Shown: positions 1 to 7,938 of the stretch, piece after piece
Position numbering within the stretch: the first letter of the stretch is position 1
Layout: the number at the start of each line of letters is the position of its first letter
Assembly: GCA_016926735.1 (NCBI GenBank)
Contig: JAFGOA010000211.1
Span: 1-13,207 of the forward strand
Direction of reading: 5' to 3'
Origin: Promethearchaeota archaeon
GTDB taxonomy: Archaea > Asgardarchaeota > Lokiarchaeia > Sigyniarchaeales > SOKP01
DNA length: 13,207 nt
Notes under the pieces: model-generated
The model's input: only the letters and a program-made list of their open reading frames with translations
Told to the model about the DNA's origin: nothing
Database searches by the model: none
Program-made: the position numbers and the translations under genes

Positions 1-177
1 ATTTTAAAAAAAAAAAAAAGAATCAAATAAAAATAAATTAAAATAGATATACAATCTTTTTAATTCAAAAATAAAATTTAAATAATTTCAACATATAGAA
101 AAAAATATAAGCTTTTTTTTGTTCTAAAGATAAGAAAAAAAATAAACACAAAATAATTTACTAGTGAAAATTGAAAT

Positions 178-591
178 ATGGTGTTTAAAAAAAAAAAAAG
201 AGAACCTTCTGATAATTATTGTGTTTTATGTGGAAGAAATACAAATGATAAACGATTTCCTACAGAGGAATGGATAAATTATTTTTTTTCCTGCAATAAA
301 TGTGAGAAAGTGTGGTGTGCAACATGTATGGGACAATTATCAAAATTGGGTCCAAAAAAGACATTTAAATTTGGAAAAAAGGGTGGAATAAATTGCCCAG
401 AATGTGAAAATCAAGTATTTTTATCTAAATTACCAAATAATTTAATATTTAAACAGAAAATGACGGAACAAGTATCTCAAAACACAATTCAAACAAGTAC
501 TCCTCTTTATTATTGTAAATATTGTGGAGAATCACTCTCAGAAGAAGCAGAATTTTGTCATATATGTGGTGCGAAACAAAATACAGAATAG
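178..591 (+). CDS. Multi-zinc-finger protein: C8 cross-brace-like finger plus C-terminal zinc ribbon
   Basis: C15-x2-C18-x20-C39-x2-C42-x4-C47-x2-C50-x22-C73-x2-C76, a Q/T-rich linker, then a C-terminal CKYCG...FCHICG ribbon (zinc_ribbon_2/DZR-like). Confidence 0.75.
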   Translation: MVFKKKKREPSDNYCVLCGRNTNDKRFPTEEWINYFFSCNKCEKVWCATCMGQLSKLGPKKTFKFGKKGGINCPECENQVFLSKLPNNLIFKQKMTEQVSQNTIQTSTPLYYCKYCGESLSEEAEFCHICGAKQNTE

Positions 592-676
592 TATTTATTT
601 AAAATATATAGAAATCTTAAAAAAAGATCTTTTTTTATCTTAAATCAATTCCAAATTAATAAAAAAAAGTGATACT

Positions 677-1456
677 ATGATAAATTGGATAATTTTTTCA
701 ATTTTTTTAATATGGATAATATTTAAACGTCTAAGTAAAGAAGGAAAAATTGAGGATTTACCTCTTGGATTACCTCGTGGAACTGTTAGGGGGCTTATTA
801 CAATCTTAGTAGTTGCTTTTACCCTTAATTACCTTATAACTAAGGAAGAAATTCCCGGAATTATTTTAAACGCTGTTTTTATTTTAATTGCATTTTATTT
901 TGAAGCTAGAAAAAGTACATCAGAAGAATTAGAAAGAATTATAAAAGAAATAAAAGAACCAACAGAAATAATAGAAGAAGAAAAACAAATTAAATATCCT
1001 CTCTATTTACCTAAATATTCTGTTAGAATCTTATTATTAAGCATTGTATTGATCTTTGTCTTAATTAATTATTATGGACCAAATTTACTATTTGAATCAA
1101 GAAATACTCTTTTAGATGTATTAGTTATAATAACTTTATTTATTATTGGGCTTTTGATAAGAGCTGTTAAAAATTATAGAAAAAATAAAACAATAAAAGA
1201 AAAAATAAGGAATATGAAAGACTTTCAAAAGTTATCAAATATTGAAATTATTGAAAATCTTTTAAAAGAAAAATCTTCTTGGTGGCAAAAAACAGGTCAA
1301 AGTATTCTTTCTATATTTATGTTAGGTTCTATTATAATAGCTTTAACTCTATATACTTTTAATATAGATGCGAGAGTTGATGTTTTTATTCTTTCAATTC
1401 AAATTCGTGAAGTATTATTACTATTAATCAATATTTACTATGGATTTAGAGATTAA
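677..1456 (+). CDS. Hypothetical polytopic membrane protein with a duplicated PLxLP(R/K)x(T/S)VR module
   Basis: Several hydrophobic stretches. PLGLPRGTVR and PLYLPKYSVR are each followed by two hydrophobic segments and a charged linker. Confidence 0.75.
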   Translation: MINWIIFSIFLIWIIFKRLSKEGKIEDLPLGLPRGTVRGLITILVVAFTLNYLITKEEIPGIILNAVFILIAFYFEARKSTSEELERIIKEIKEPTEIIEEEKQIKYPLYLPKYSVRILLLSIVLIFVLINYYGPNLLFESRNTLLDVLVIITLFIIGLLIRAVKNYRKNKTIKEKIRNMKDFQKLSNIEIIENLLKEKSSWWQKTGQSILSIFMLGSIIIALTLYTFNIDARVDVFILSIQIREVLLLLINIYYGFRD

Positions 1457-1602
1457 CGTTCTATAATAAAAAATTTTCATTTTTTTTTTGTTATATTTTA
1501 TAAAGATATGAATTATATGCAATTAATTAAAAATTTATTAATACCATCAATATAATAATATAATAAGATTATAATTATTATCAAGCTAAAAGGTATTTCT
1601 CT

Positions 1603-4038
1603 CTGGCGGGTAAATCTCGAAAAACAATTGGAGTCTTAATAGGTCGATTAGAAGAAACTTATCAAGTTCAAGTCTGGCCTGGAATTTCTCAAATTGCAAA
1701 AGAAATGGATGTAAATATCGTTTATTTTTCAGGAACATCCTTTAATTCACCTTATTTTCCAAGTAAGGAATTAAATCTAGTTTATGACTTAGTTAATTCT
1801 GAAAGTATAGATGGATTAATCCTTTTATCGGGGCCGTTGAGTAATTTTATCTCTAAAGAAGAATATCTTATTTTTCTTAAAAGATATAAGAATATTCCAA
1901 TGGTGAGTATAGCTATTGAAATTCCTAATATTCCTAGTATAGTTGTAGATAATACAATAGGGTTTAAGAAAATTATAAATCATCTAATCAAAGATCATAA
2001 TTTCAAGAGACTTGCTTTTATAAAGGGACCATCAAATCATCCGGAAGCAATTCAAAGATTTAAAGCCTATAAAACTGTACTAAAAGAAAATAATATCAAA
2101 TATGATCCTAAATTAGTTGTTCCAGGAGATTTTCTGGAGATATCAGGGATAAAAGCAATAGGAATTTTATATGATCAGCGAAAAATAGATTTTGAAGCAA
2201 TTGTCTCTTCAAATGATGACATGGCTTATGGTGCTCTTAAAGCTCTTCAAAGAAGAGATATCTCAGTACCAAATGATATTGCAATTGTTGGATATGATGA
2301 TGTACAAAGGAGTTCCCTTACCAATCCCCCTTTAACATCAGTTAAACAACCCCTTTATGAACAAGGAAGAAAATCATTAGAACTATTGCTAGAAATTATT
2401 GATGGGAAAAAAGATATACCTAAATTAATTACTTTACCAACTAAAGAAATATATAGGAGATCTTGTGGATGTTTTCATTCTCAATTATCAAAAATATCTG
2501 TTGAAAAAGAAATATCTAAGAATTCCGATGCTTTCACTCAATTGGAAGATAAAAAAAAATCAATATTATCCGAATTACATAATATTGCTAATGTTCATAA
2601 TATAAATCTGAGTTTTTTTCTTCTTAAAAGGATTTATGATTCATATTTAGGAGCAATAGAATGTAAAGATTCATTAGTTTTTATTAAAACTATTGAAGAG
2701 ATTTTAAGAAAAGAAATGACAAAAAAACATAAATTAATGTATTGGGATAATATTATTGTAAAATTATATAAATTAACTGCACCCTTTTTTCTTTTTGATA
2801 ATGAGAAAAGTCTTTTTATAGAAAATCTTATTCATCAAAGTCGATTTCAACTTGAAGAATTACTCTATCAGAGAGAGAGTATTCGAAGAGAGGAAGATAA
2901 AGAAAATAAAATAACATTAGATGAAACTAGACGTTCTTTAATGAGTAATTTTAGTATTGAAAAATTAGCTAAATCGATAAATGAGCAATTACCAAAAATA
3001 GGTATTAAATCTTGTTATTTATGTCTTTTTGAGGATTATAAAAAGATTACTCCTTATTCTAGATTAATTTCTGCTTATAATGAATCGATATCAATCAATT
3101 ATAGTGTAAATAACAAGAAAGAACGGTTTAAAACATCAAAATTAATACCAAAAAAATATTTACCAAAAGATAGACAATTTAATTTTATTATTAATACAGT
3201 TTTTTTCAGAGATGAAAACAAATTTGGCTATATTGTTTTTGAATCTTCAGAAGAAGTATCTGAACTTCAAAATTTAACAAGAAATATAGGTATTGCTTTA
3301 AAAGGAGGGTTATTACTTCAAGAAAGACAAGTTTTACTTGAAAAACTAGAAAGATCAAACAAGGAGTTAGAAGAATTTGCTTCTATTGTTGCTCATGATC
3401 TGAAACAACCATTAACAGTAATACAAGCCTCTTTAAATATTTTAAAAGAAACTAATATGAAAAAGTTAGATTCTGAATCCAATGAACTTATAGATTTTTC
3501 TGTTGATGCTTCAAATCGTATGAAAACAATGATTGATGATCTCTTACATTTTTCAAGGGTAACCGCAAGCAAAATAGTATTTTCCGAAATAGACCTAGAT
3601 TCGATTCTCAAGCAAGTTAAATCAGATCTTAGTGTGTTGATTAAAGACACAAAAGCAGAAATTATTCATGATACTTTTCCAAAAATAATGGGGAGTAAAA
3701 CTCTTTTAATTCAGTTATTTGAGAATTTGATAAATAATGCTTTAAAATTCCGTGGTGAAAATCCTCCACAGATTCAAATAAATTTGACTGATAAAAATAA
3801 GAATTGGATTATTGCTATTAAAGATAATGGTATTGGAATAGATAAAATAAATTTTGATAAAATTTTTCATATTTTCCAAAGAATTCATACAGATAAAGAA
3901 TATCTTGGAACAGGAATTGGTTTAGCTATTTGTAAAAAAATTGTTGAAAAACATAGGGGCAAAATTTGGGTAGATTCTGAATTAGGAAAAGGATCAACGT
4001 TCTATTTTAAAATTCCAAAAAATTTAAACTCCGATTAG
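1603..4038 (+). CDS. Soluble sensor histidine kinase with an N-terminal LacI/GalR-type ligand-binding domain (probable CTG start at 1603; tracked ATG at 1705)
   Basis: LacI-type motifs IVVDN, AFIKGP, SSNDDMAYGAL, IVGYDD, PPLTSVKQP and RRSCGC. Kinase H-box VAHDLKQPL, N-box NLINNALKF, G1 DNGIGI and G2 GTGIGLAI. The frame is open from 1567 and encodes RKTIGVLI...YQVQVWPGISQIAKE before the ATG. No transmembrane segment is visible. Confidence 0.9.
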   Translation: MAGKSRKTIGVLIGRLEETYQVQVWPGISQIAKEMDVNIVYFSGTSFNSPYFPSKELNLVYDLVNSESIDGLILLSGPLSNFISKEEYLIFLKRYKNIPMVSIAIEIPNIPSIVVDNTIGFKKIINHLIKDHNFKRLAFIKGPSNHPEAIQRFKAYKTVLKENNIKYDPKLVVPGDFLEISGIKAIGILYDQRKIDFEAIVSSNDDMAYGALKALQRRDISVPNDIAIVGYDDVQRSSLTNPPLTSVKQPLYEQGRKSLELLLEIIDGKKDIPKLITLPTKEIYRRSCGCFHSQLSKISVEKEISKNSDAFTQLEDKKKSILSELHNIANVHNINLSFFLLKRIYDSYLGAIECKDSLVFIKTIEEILRKEMTKKHKLMYWDNIIVKLYKLTAPFFLFDNEKSLFIENLIHQSRFQLEELLYQRESIRREEDKENKITLDETRRSLMSNFSIEKLAKSINEQLPKIGIKSCYLCLFEDYKKITPYSRLISAYNESISINYSVNNKKERFKTSKLIPKKYLPKDRQFNFIINTVFFRDENKFGYIVFESSEEVSELQNLTRNIGIALKGGLLLQERQVLLEKLERSNKELEEFASIVAHDLKQPLTVIQASLNILKETNMKKLDSESNELIDFSVDASNRMKTMIDDLLHFSRVTASKIVFSEIDLDSILKQVKSDLSVLIKDTKAEIIHDTFPKIMGSKTLLIQLFENLINNALKFRGENPPQIQINLTDKNKNWIIAIKDNGIGIDKINFDKIFHIFQRIHTDKEYLGTGIGLAICKKIVEKHRGKIWVDSELGKGSTFYFKIPKNLNSD

Positions 4039-4096
4039 ATAAATATTTCTTCATGATCTTCTCTCTAAAACCAATTTATAAAATAAATATACATAT

Positions 4097-4447
4097 TTAA
4101 CCAGTACGCTTAATAATATGATAGCCAAATTTAGTTTTAACAGGTTGGGATATTTCTCCTATTTTTAAATTTACGCACGCATTCCAAAATTCCTGCACCA
4201 TCTCTCCTTTTCCAAATTCACCCAAATTCCCTCCCTTTCTCTTACTTGAACATTCTGAATTATCTTGAGCTAATTCTTGGAAATTCCCTCCCTGCTTTAG
4301 GTCATCATAGATTTCCTGAGCACGAGTTAATTTTGATACCAAGATATGACTTGCTTTAATTTTTCCACCTTTTAAGGCAGATCCACCACTTTTTCCCTTA
4401 TTTCCTTTAGTTCCCTTGCTTTTTTTTCCATAATTTTTTTTTGCCAT
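4097..4447 (-). CDS. Parvulin-type peptidyl-prolyl cis-trans isomerase (PpiC/rotamase family) with a K/G-rich N-terminal extension
   Basis: ASHILV, GGNLGEF, MVQEF and PVKTKFGYHII are parvulin signature motifs. Confidence 0.95.
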   Translation of the reverse strand: MAKKNYGKKSKGTKGNKGKSGGSALKGGKIKASHILVSKLTRAQEIYDDLKQGGNFQELAQDNSECSSKRKGGNLGEFGKGEMVQEFWNACVNLKIGEISQPVKTKFGYHIIKRTG

Positions 4448-4639
4448 AAGTCTTTCCCATTATTTTTAAATCCATATATTTCCTTTTTTAGATGTATATA
4501 TTTAGTATTCTCTAAATTAATATTTTCCAGAAAATTAAGAATTTATTTTAAATTTATATAATCTTTTTATTTACTAAAAAATATTGATTAAATTACAGAT
4601 AATTATAACTAGAAAAATATTTATTGAGTTATAAAGAAA

Positions 4640-5365
4640 ATGGAAAATACAAATTTAAATGGAAAAACTGTAATTGTAACTGGGGCAAACCGAGGATTAG
4701 GAAAAGCAATAACCCATAATCTTGCTAAAATGGGTGCCTTTGTCTATATGGTTTGTAGAGATCCTGTAATGGGAAAGGAAGTAGAAAAAGAATTTTTAGA
4801 AGATAATCTAAATGTAAAGCTTAAAATAACAGATCTTGAAAAAATTGAAGATATAGGGAATTTATACAATGAAATTGCTTCAGAAAAAGATTATATTGAT
4901 ATTTTAATTAATAATGCTGGAGTTAATTTAGAAGAACCCGATACTAGAATAGATAATCTTGATATGAACATTCTACAAAGAACTATGGATATAAATTTCC
5001 GAGGGTTATTATATACATGTCAAAAATTTTTAAATCTTTTAATAAAAGCTCCTGAAGCACGTATTATTAACTTTTCATCTGGATTAGGACAATTAACAGT
5101 ACCCCGAATGGGATATTACCCTGCTTATAGTATTTCTAAAACAGCTGTGAATGCTCTTACTAAAAATTTAGCATTTGAATTAAAAGATACCAATGTTAGT
5201 GTTTTTTCCGTAGATCCTGGATGGGTTAAGACAAGATTAGGTGGCCCAGAAGCTCCTTTAGAAATTAAAGAGGGAATAGACACAACAATTTTTCTTTCAA
5301 CTGAACGAATTGCAAATTTACAATCAGGTGAATTTTATAAAGAACGTAAAATCTTAGGATGGTAA
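4640..5365 (+). CDS. SDR family NAD(P)-dependent oxidoreductase (carbonyl-reductase-like)
   Basis: TGANRGLG glycine motif, INNAG, catalytic Ser region (NFSS), YSISK (YxxxK) and DPGWVKT. Confidence 0.95.
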   Translation: MENTNLNGKTVIVTGANRGLGKAITHNLAKMGAFVYMVCRDPVMGKEVEKEFLEDNLNVKLKITDLEKIEDIGNLYNEIASEKDYIDILINNAGVNLEEPDTRIDNLDMNILQRTMDINFRGLLYTCQKFLNLLIKAPEARIINFSSGLGQLTVPRMGYYPAYSISKTAVNALTKNLAFELKDTNVSVFSVDPGWVKTRLGGPEAPLEIKEGIDTTIFLSTERIANLQSGEFYKERKILGW

Positions 5366-5374
5366 TTATTACGA

Positions 5375-6385
5375 TTATACTAGTGAATAATATATTGCTG
5401 GTCTTCCAGCACCCTCATTTGAAATAGTTTCCTTTATTTTTCCTTCTCGCATTAGATGTTCAAGGATCTCCTTAAGTTTCGTACCACCGATTTTTGAGAT
5501 TTTACTTAATTCACTTGTTTTAATAGTTTTTTTATCGCTTATTATATTTAAGATATTATTTATATTATCGGGGTATTCAATCTTTATTGTCTTTTTTATT
5601 GTCTTAATTTTCAACATCTTTATAGAGGATTGTACTATATTTGGATTAAAAAAACCATCAAAATGATAAACATCGTCATCCATAAATGAGATACTATTTA
5701 AATATCCTCCATCAATAAGAATTAATCCACTATTTATGATAACATCATTGAATCTTATTGTTTGGCATGTTCTTTCATTAACCTCTGTAATATAGAGACT
5801 AATTCGATTTAAAATATCTGTGATTATCTCAAAATAATTATTAAAATCGTTCAAATCTTTTTGAGAGAAATACATATATATATCAATGCCCTTCATAAAA
5901 GCAGTATAAAGAGCAGGTTCTAATTTGCTAAGAAGAGAAGGTGGTAAAGATGATATATAAATCTCTTTTTTTGAATTAATTATTAGAGAAAATAAATTTT
6001 CTATTGCAAGATTAACATCACTATAATGATAAAAACTTACTGTTTTTATACAATTACCTTTTGTACTCTCTTGTATTTTAATATCCTCATCTAAATTTTG
6101 AATATTATTTTTAAAGAATGCTATTTTCTTTTCTAATAATTTTGATAAAGCGATTTTAGGTTTAATATTATAATATTTCTTCTTTTTTTCTTCTTTTGAA
6201 GAAAAAATAAGCTCTAAATCTTCCAAAATTGTAAGATTATAATGTATTTGAGAATAAGAGTAATTTAATCCATTTTTTATAGAGTTTATTGTTCCATATT
6301 CGTGATTTAAAAGATAATTATAGATTTGAATTTGTATTTCAGATAATCCTAACTCATATAAAGAATGACGATATTTTTCAATCAT
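5375..6385 (-). CDS. TrmB-family transcriptional regulator with an extra C-terminal winged HTH
   Basis: N-terminal LYELGLSEIQIQIYNYLL...YYNIKP wHTH, a coiled segment, a central SKKEIYIS...GIDIY...LILIDG effector-type domain, and a C-terminal wHTH ending GRPAIYYSL. Confidence 0.8.
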   Translation of the reverse strand: MIEKYRHSLYELGLSEIQIQIYNYLLNHEYGTINSIKNGLNYSYSQIHYNLTILEDLELIFSSKEEKKKKYYNIKPKIALSKLLEKKIAFFKNNIQNLDEDIKIQESTKGNCIKTVSFYHYSDVNLAIENLFSLIINSKKEIYISSLPPSLLSKLEPALYTAFMKGIDIYMYFSQKDLNDFNNYFEIITDILNRISLYITEVNERTCQTIRFNDVIINSGLILIDGGYLNSISFMDDDVYHFDGFFNPNIVQSSIKMLKIKTIKKTIKIEYPDNINNILNIISDKKTIKTSELSKISKIGGTKLKEILEHLMREGKIKETISNEGAGRPAIYYSLV

Positions 6386-6433
6386 TTTAGAATTTTATTA
6401 GTATAGGGATTCTAATATTTTTATGATACAAGA

Positions 6434-6471
6434 TTGATAATATTTTATAATTTATAATGGTTTTTTATCAA
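6434..6471. promoter_or_regulatory. Candidate divergent promoter core: two TTATAA boxes flanked by the inverted repeat TTGATAA/TTATCAA
   Basis: TTGATAA 6434-6440, TTATAA 6445-6450, TTATAA 6452-6457 and TTATCAA 6465-6471, lying between divergent genes starting at 6385 (-) and 6522 (+). Confidence 0.35.
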
Positions 6472-6521
6472 ATCTATTCCATCTAGTAATTAAAACTAAA
6501 TAAAAATAGGTAATTAGAAAA

Positions 6522-6653
6522 ATGGCTACATGTAAAGATTGTAAATTTTATAAACCAATTGATGATTCAATAGGAGATTGTTTTGGACATGAGGTTCCTG
6601 GAAATACTAATGCTTCAAATTGTCCAACAAATAGTTTTCAACCTCGAGACTAA
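6522..6653 (+). CDS. 43-aa four-cysteine protein, putative small Fe-S or metal-binding protein (not in the ORF track)
   Basis: ATG 6522 to TAA 6653 gives MATCKDCKFYKPIDDSIGDCFGHEVPGNTNASNCPTNSFQPRD (C-x2-C-x12-C-x13-C). An AGGT SD-like site lies at 6508-6511. The stop is 18 nt before the next ATG, which has its own AAGGAG. Confidence 0.8.
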   Translation: MATCKDCKFYKPIDDSIGDCFGHEVPGNTNASNCPTNSFQPRD

Positions 6654-6671
6654 AAAATAAGGAGAGAAAAT

Positions 6672-7297
6672 ATGAGTTCAAAAATAGATTTCAAAAAAAA
6701 ATTAAAATCTCTCTACTCACCTCCTTCTGATCATTGTGTTGTTTTAAAGATTCCTCTCATGAATTATATAATGATTGATGGTATTGGGTCACCTGGAGAA
6801 TGCCAAGAATATTTTGATTGTATTGCAGCAATATATCCTGTTGCTTTTAAAATTAAATTTCTAAGTAAGGCAATAGGAAAAGATTATATTGTTCCTCCTC
6901 TTGAAGGATTATGGTGGGCTGATGATTTAAATGATTTTATTGAAAATAATAGACAAAAATGGAAGTGGACAATAATGATTATGCAACCAGAATGGATTAA
7001 TGAGGATATCTTCAATAAAGCAATTGAATCTGTAAAACAAAATAAACCAGAGATCGCTAAAACTGTTAGAAAATTGAGATTTGAAACTATAGATGAAGGT
7101 AAAGTTGCTCAGATAATGCATATAGGTCCTTATTCAGAAGAAGGCTCAACAATAGAAAAACTGCATAATTTTATCCAAAATCAGAGTGGAAAATTTGATG
7201 GACTAAAAAAAAAAAACATCATGAAATTTACATTAGTGATATAAGAAGGGCAAAACCAAAAAACTTGAAAACTATTATCAGACAACCTTATAATTAA
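6672..7297 (+). CDS. GyrI-like small-molecule-binding domain protein, frameshifted at the A12 tract 7205-7216
   Basis: Motifs MIDGIGSP, VPPLEGLWW, WKWTIMIMQP and QIMHIGPYSEE. The family C-terminus HHEIYISDIRRAKPKNLKTIIRQPYN* continues in the -1 frame from 7217 to TAA 7295-7297. AAGGAG precedes the ATG. Confidence 0.88.
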
Positions 7298-7409
7298 TTA
7301 TTTTTCTTTTTTAAAGATTTCTTGATAACATATTTTTAATTATTTGAAATGATTTAATTCATTAAGAATTAAAAAGATTAAAAAATCAATGTTAATAAAG
7401 GAGATTTTA

Positions 7410-7904
7410 ATGGATTTAGATAATTTAAATTATATAAATAATATGTGGTTAGGAAATTGTTTTGCATGTTCATCGAATAACCATCGTGGTTTAAATATGA
7501 AACTTTTCCATGATGCTGAAGAAATATCTTCATATTTAAAATTACATGAAATCTTTTGTGGATTTGAAGGAATAGCTCATGGAGGAATCATTGCAACTAT
7601 CTTAGATGAAATTGGAGCATGGACTATTTTTGCTGTATTAAAAAAAGTAACTGTTACTCAAGAAATCCATATTAAATTCTTAAAACCTGTATATATAAAT
7701 CAATTATTAAAAGCAGAAGGAAGAATTATAAGTGAGTATGACTCTGTGATAACGTTTTCAGTAATAAAAGTTAAAAATGATGATATTTTAGCAGAATCTG
7801 AAAATAAATGGTTACTTGTTTCTGCTGAGGTTTTAGCTAAACTTTCAAATATAGATCCTAATCGTGTAAATGATATGATAAATAAAGCATTAAAATCATT
7901 ATAA
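7410..7904 (+). CDS. PaaI-family (hotdog fold) thioesterase
   Basis: CFACSSNNHRGL, GFEGIAHGGIIATILDE and FLKPV motifs. ATG 7410 is preferred to 7389 because AAGGAG lies at 7398-7403. Confidence 0.9.
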   Translation: MDLDNLNYINNMWLGNCFACSSNNHRGLNMKLFHDAEEISSYLKLHEIFCGFEGIAHGGIIATILDEIGAWTIFAVLKKVTVTQEIHIKFLKPVYINQLLKAEGRIISEYDSVITFSVIKVKNDDILAESENKWLLVSAEVLAKLSNIDPNRVNDMINKALKSL

Positions 7905-7938
7905 TTCTGATTATCTTTTATCTTTCTTTCAGAAATAT

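Noticed and set aside
187-199. A13 tract as a phase-variation switch in the first ORF
   Set aside because: The frame is intact and long A/T runs are common throughout the window.
618-637. Perfect 20-bp palindrome T-A7-GATC-T7-A
   Set aside because: Low complexity. It could contribute an oligo-T terminator but cannot be distinguished from chance in this homopolymer-rich DNA.
3393-3650. 85-aa minus-strand ORF
   Set aside because: Antisense shadow inside the histidine kinase, with no motifs.
6927-7121. 64-aa minus-strand ORF
   Set aside because: Antisense to the GyrI-like gene.
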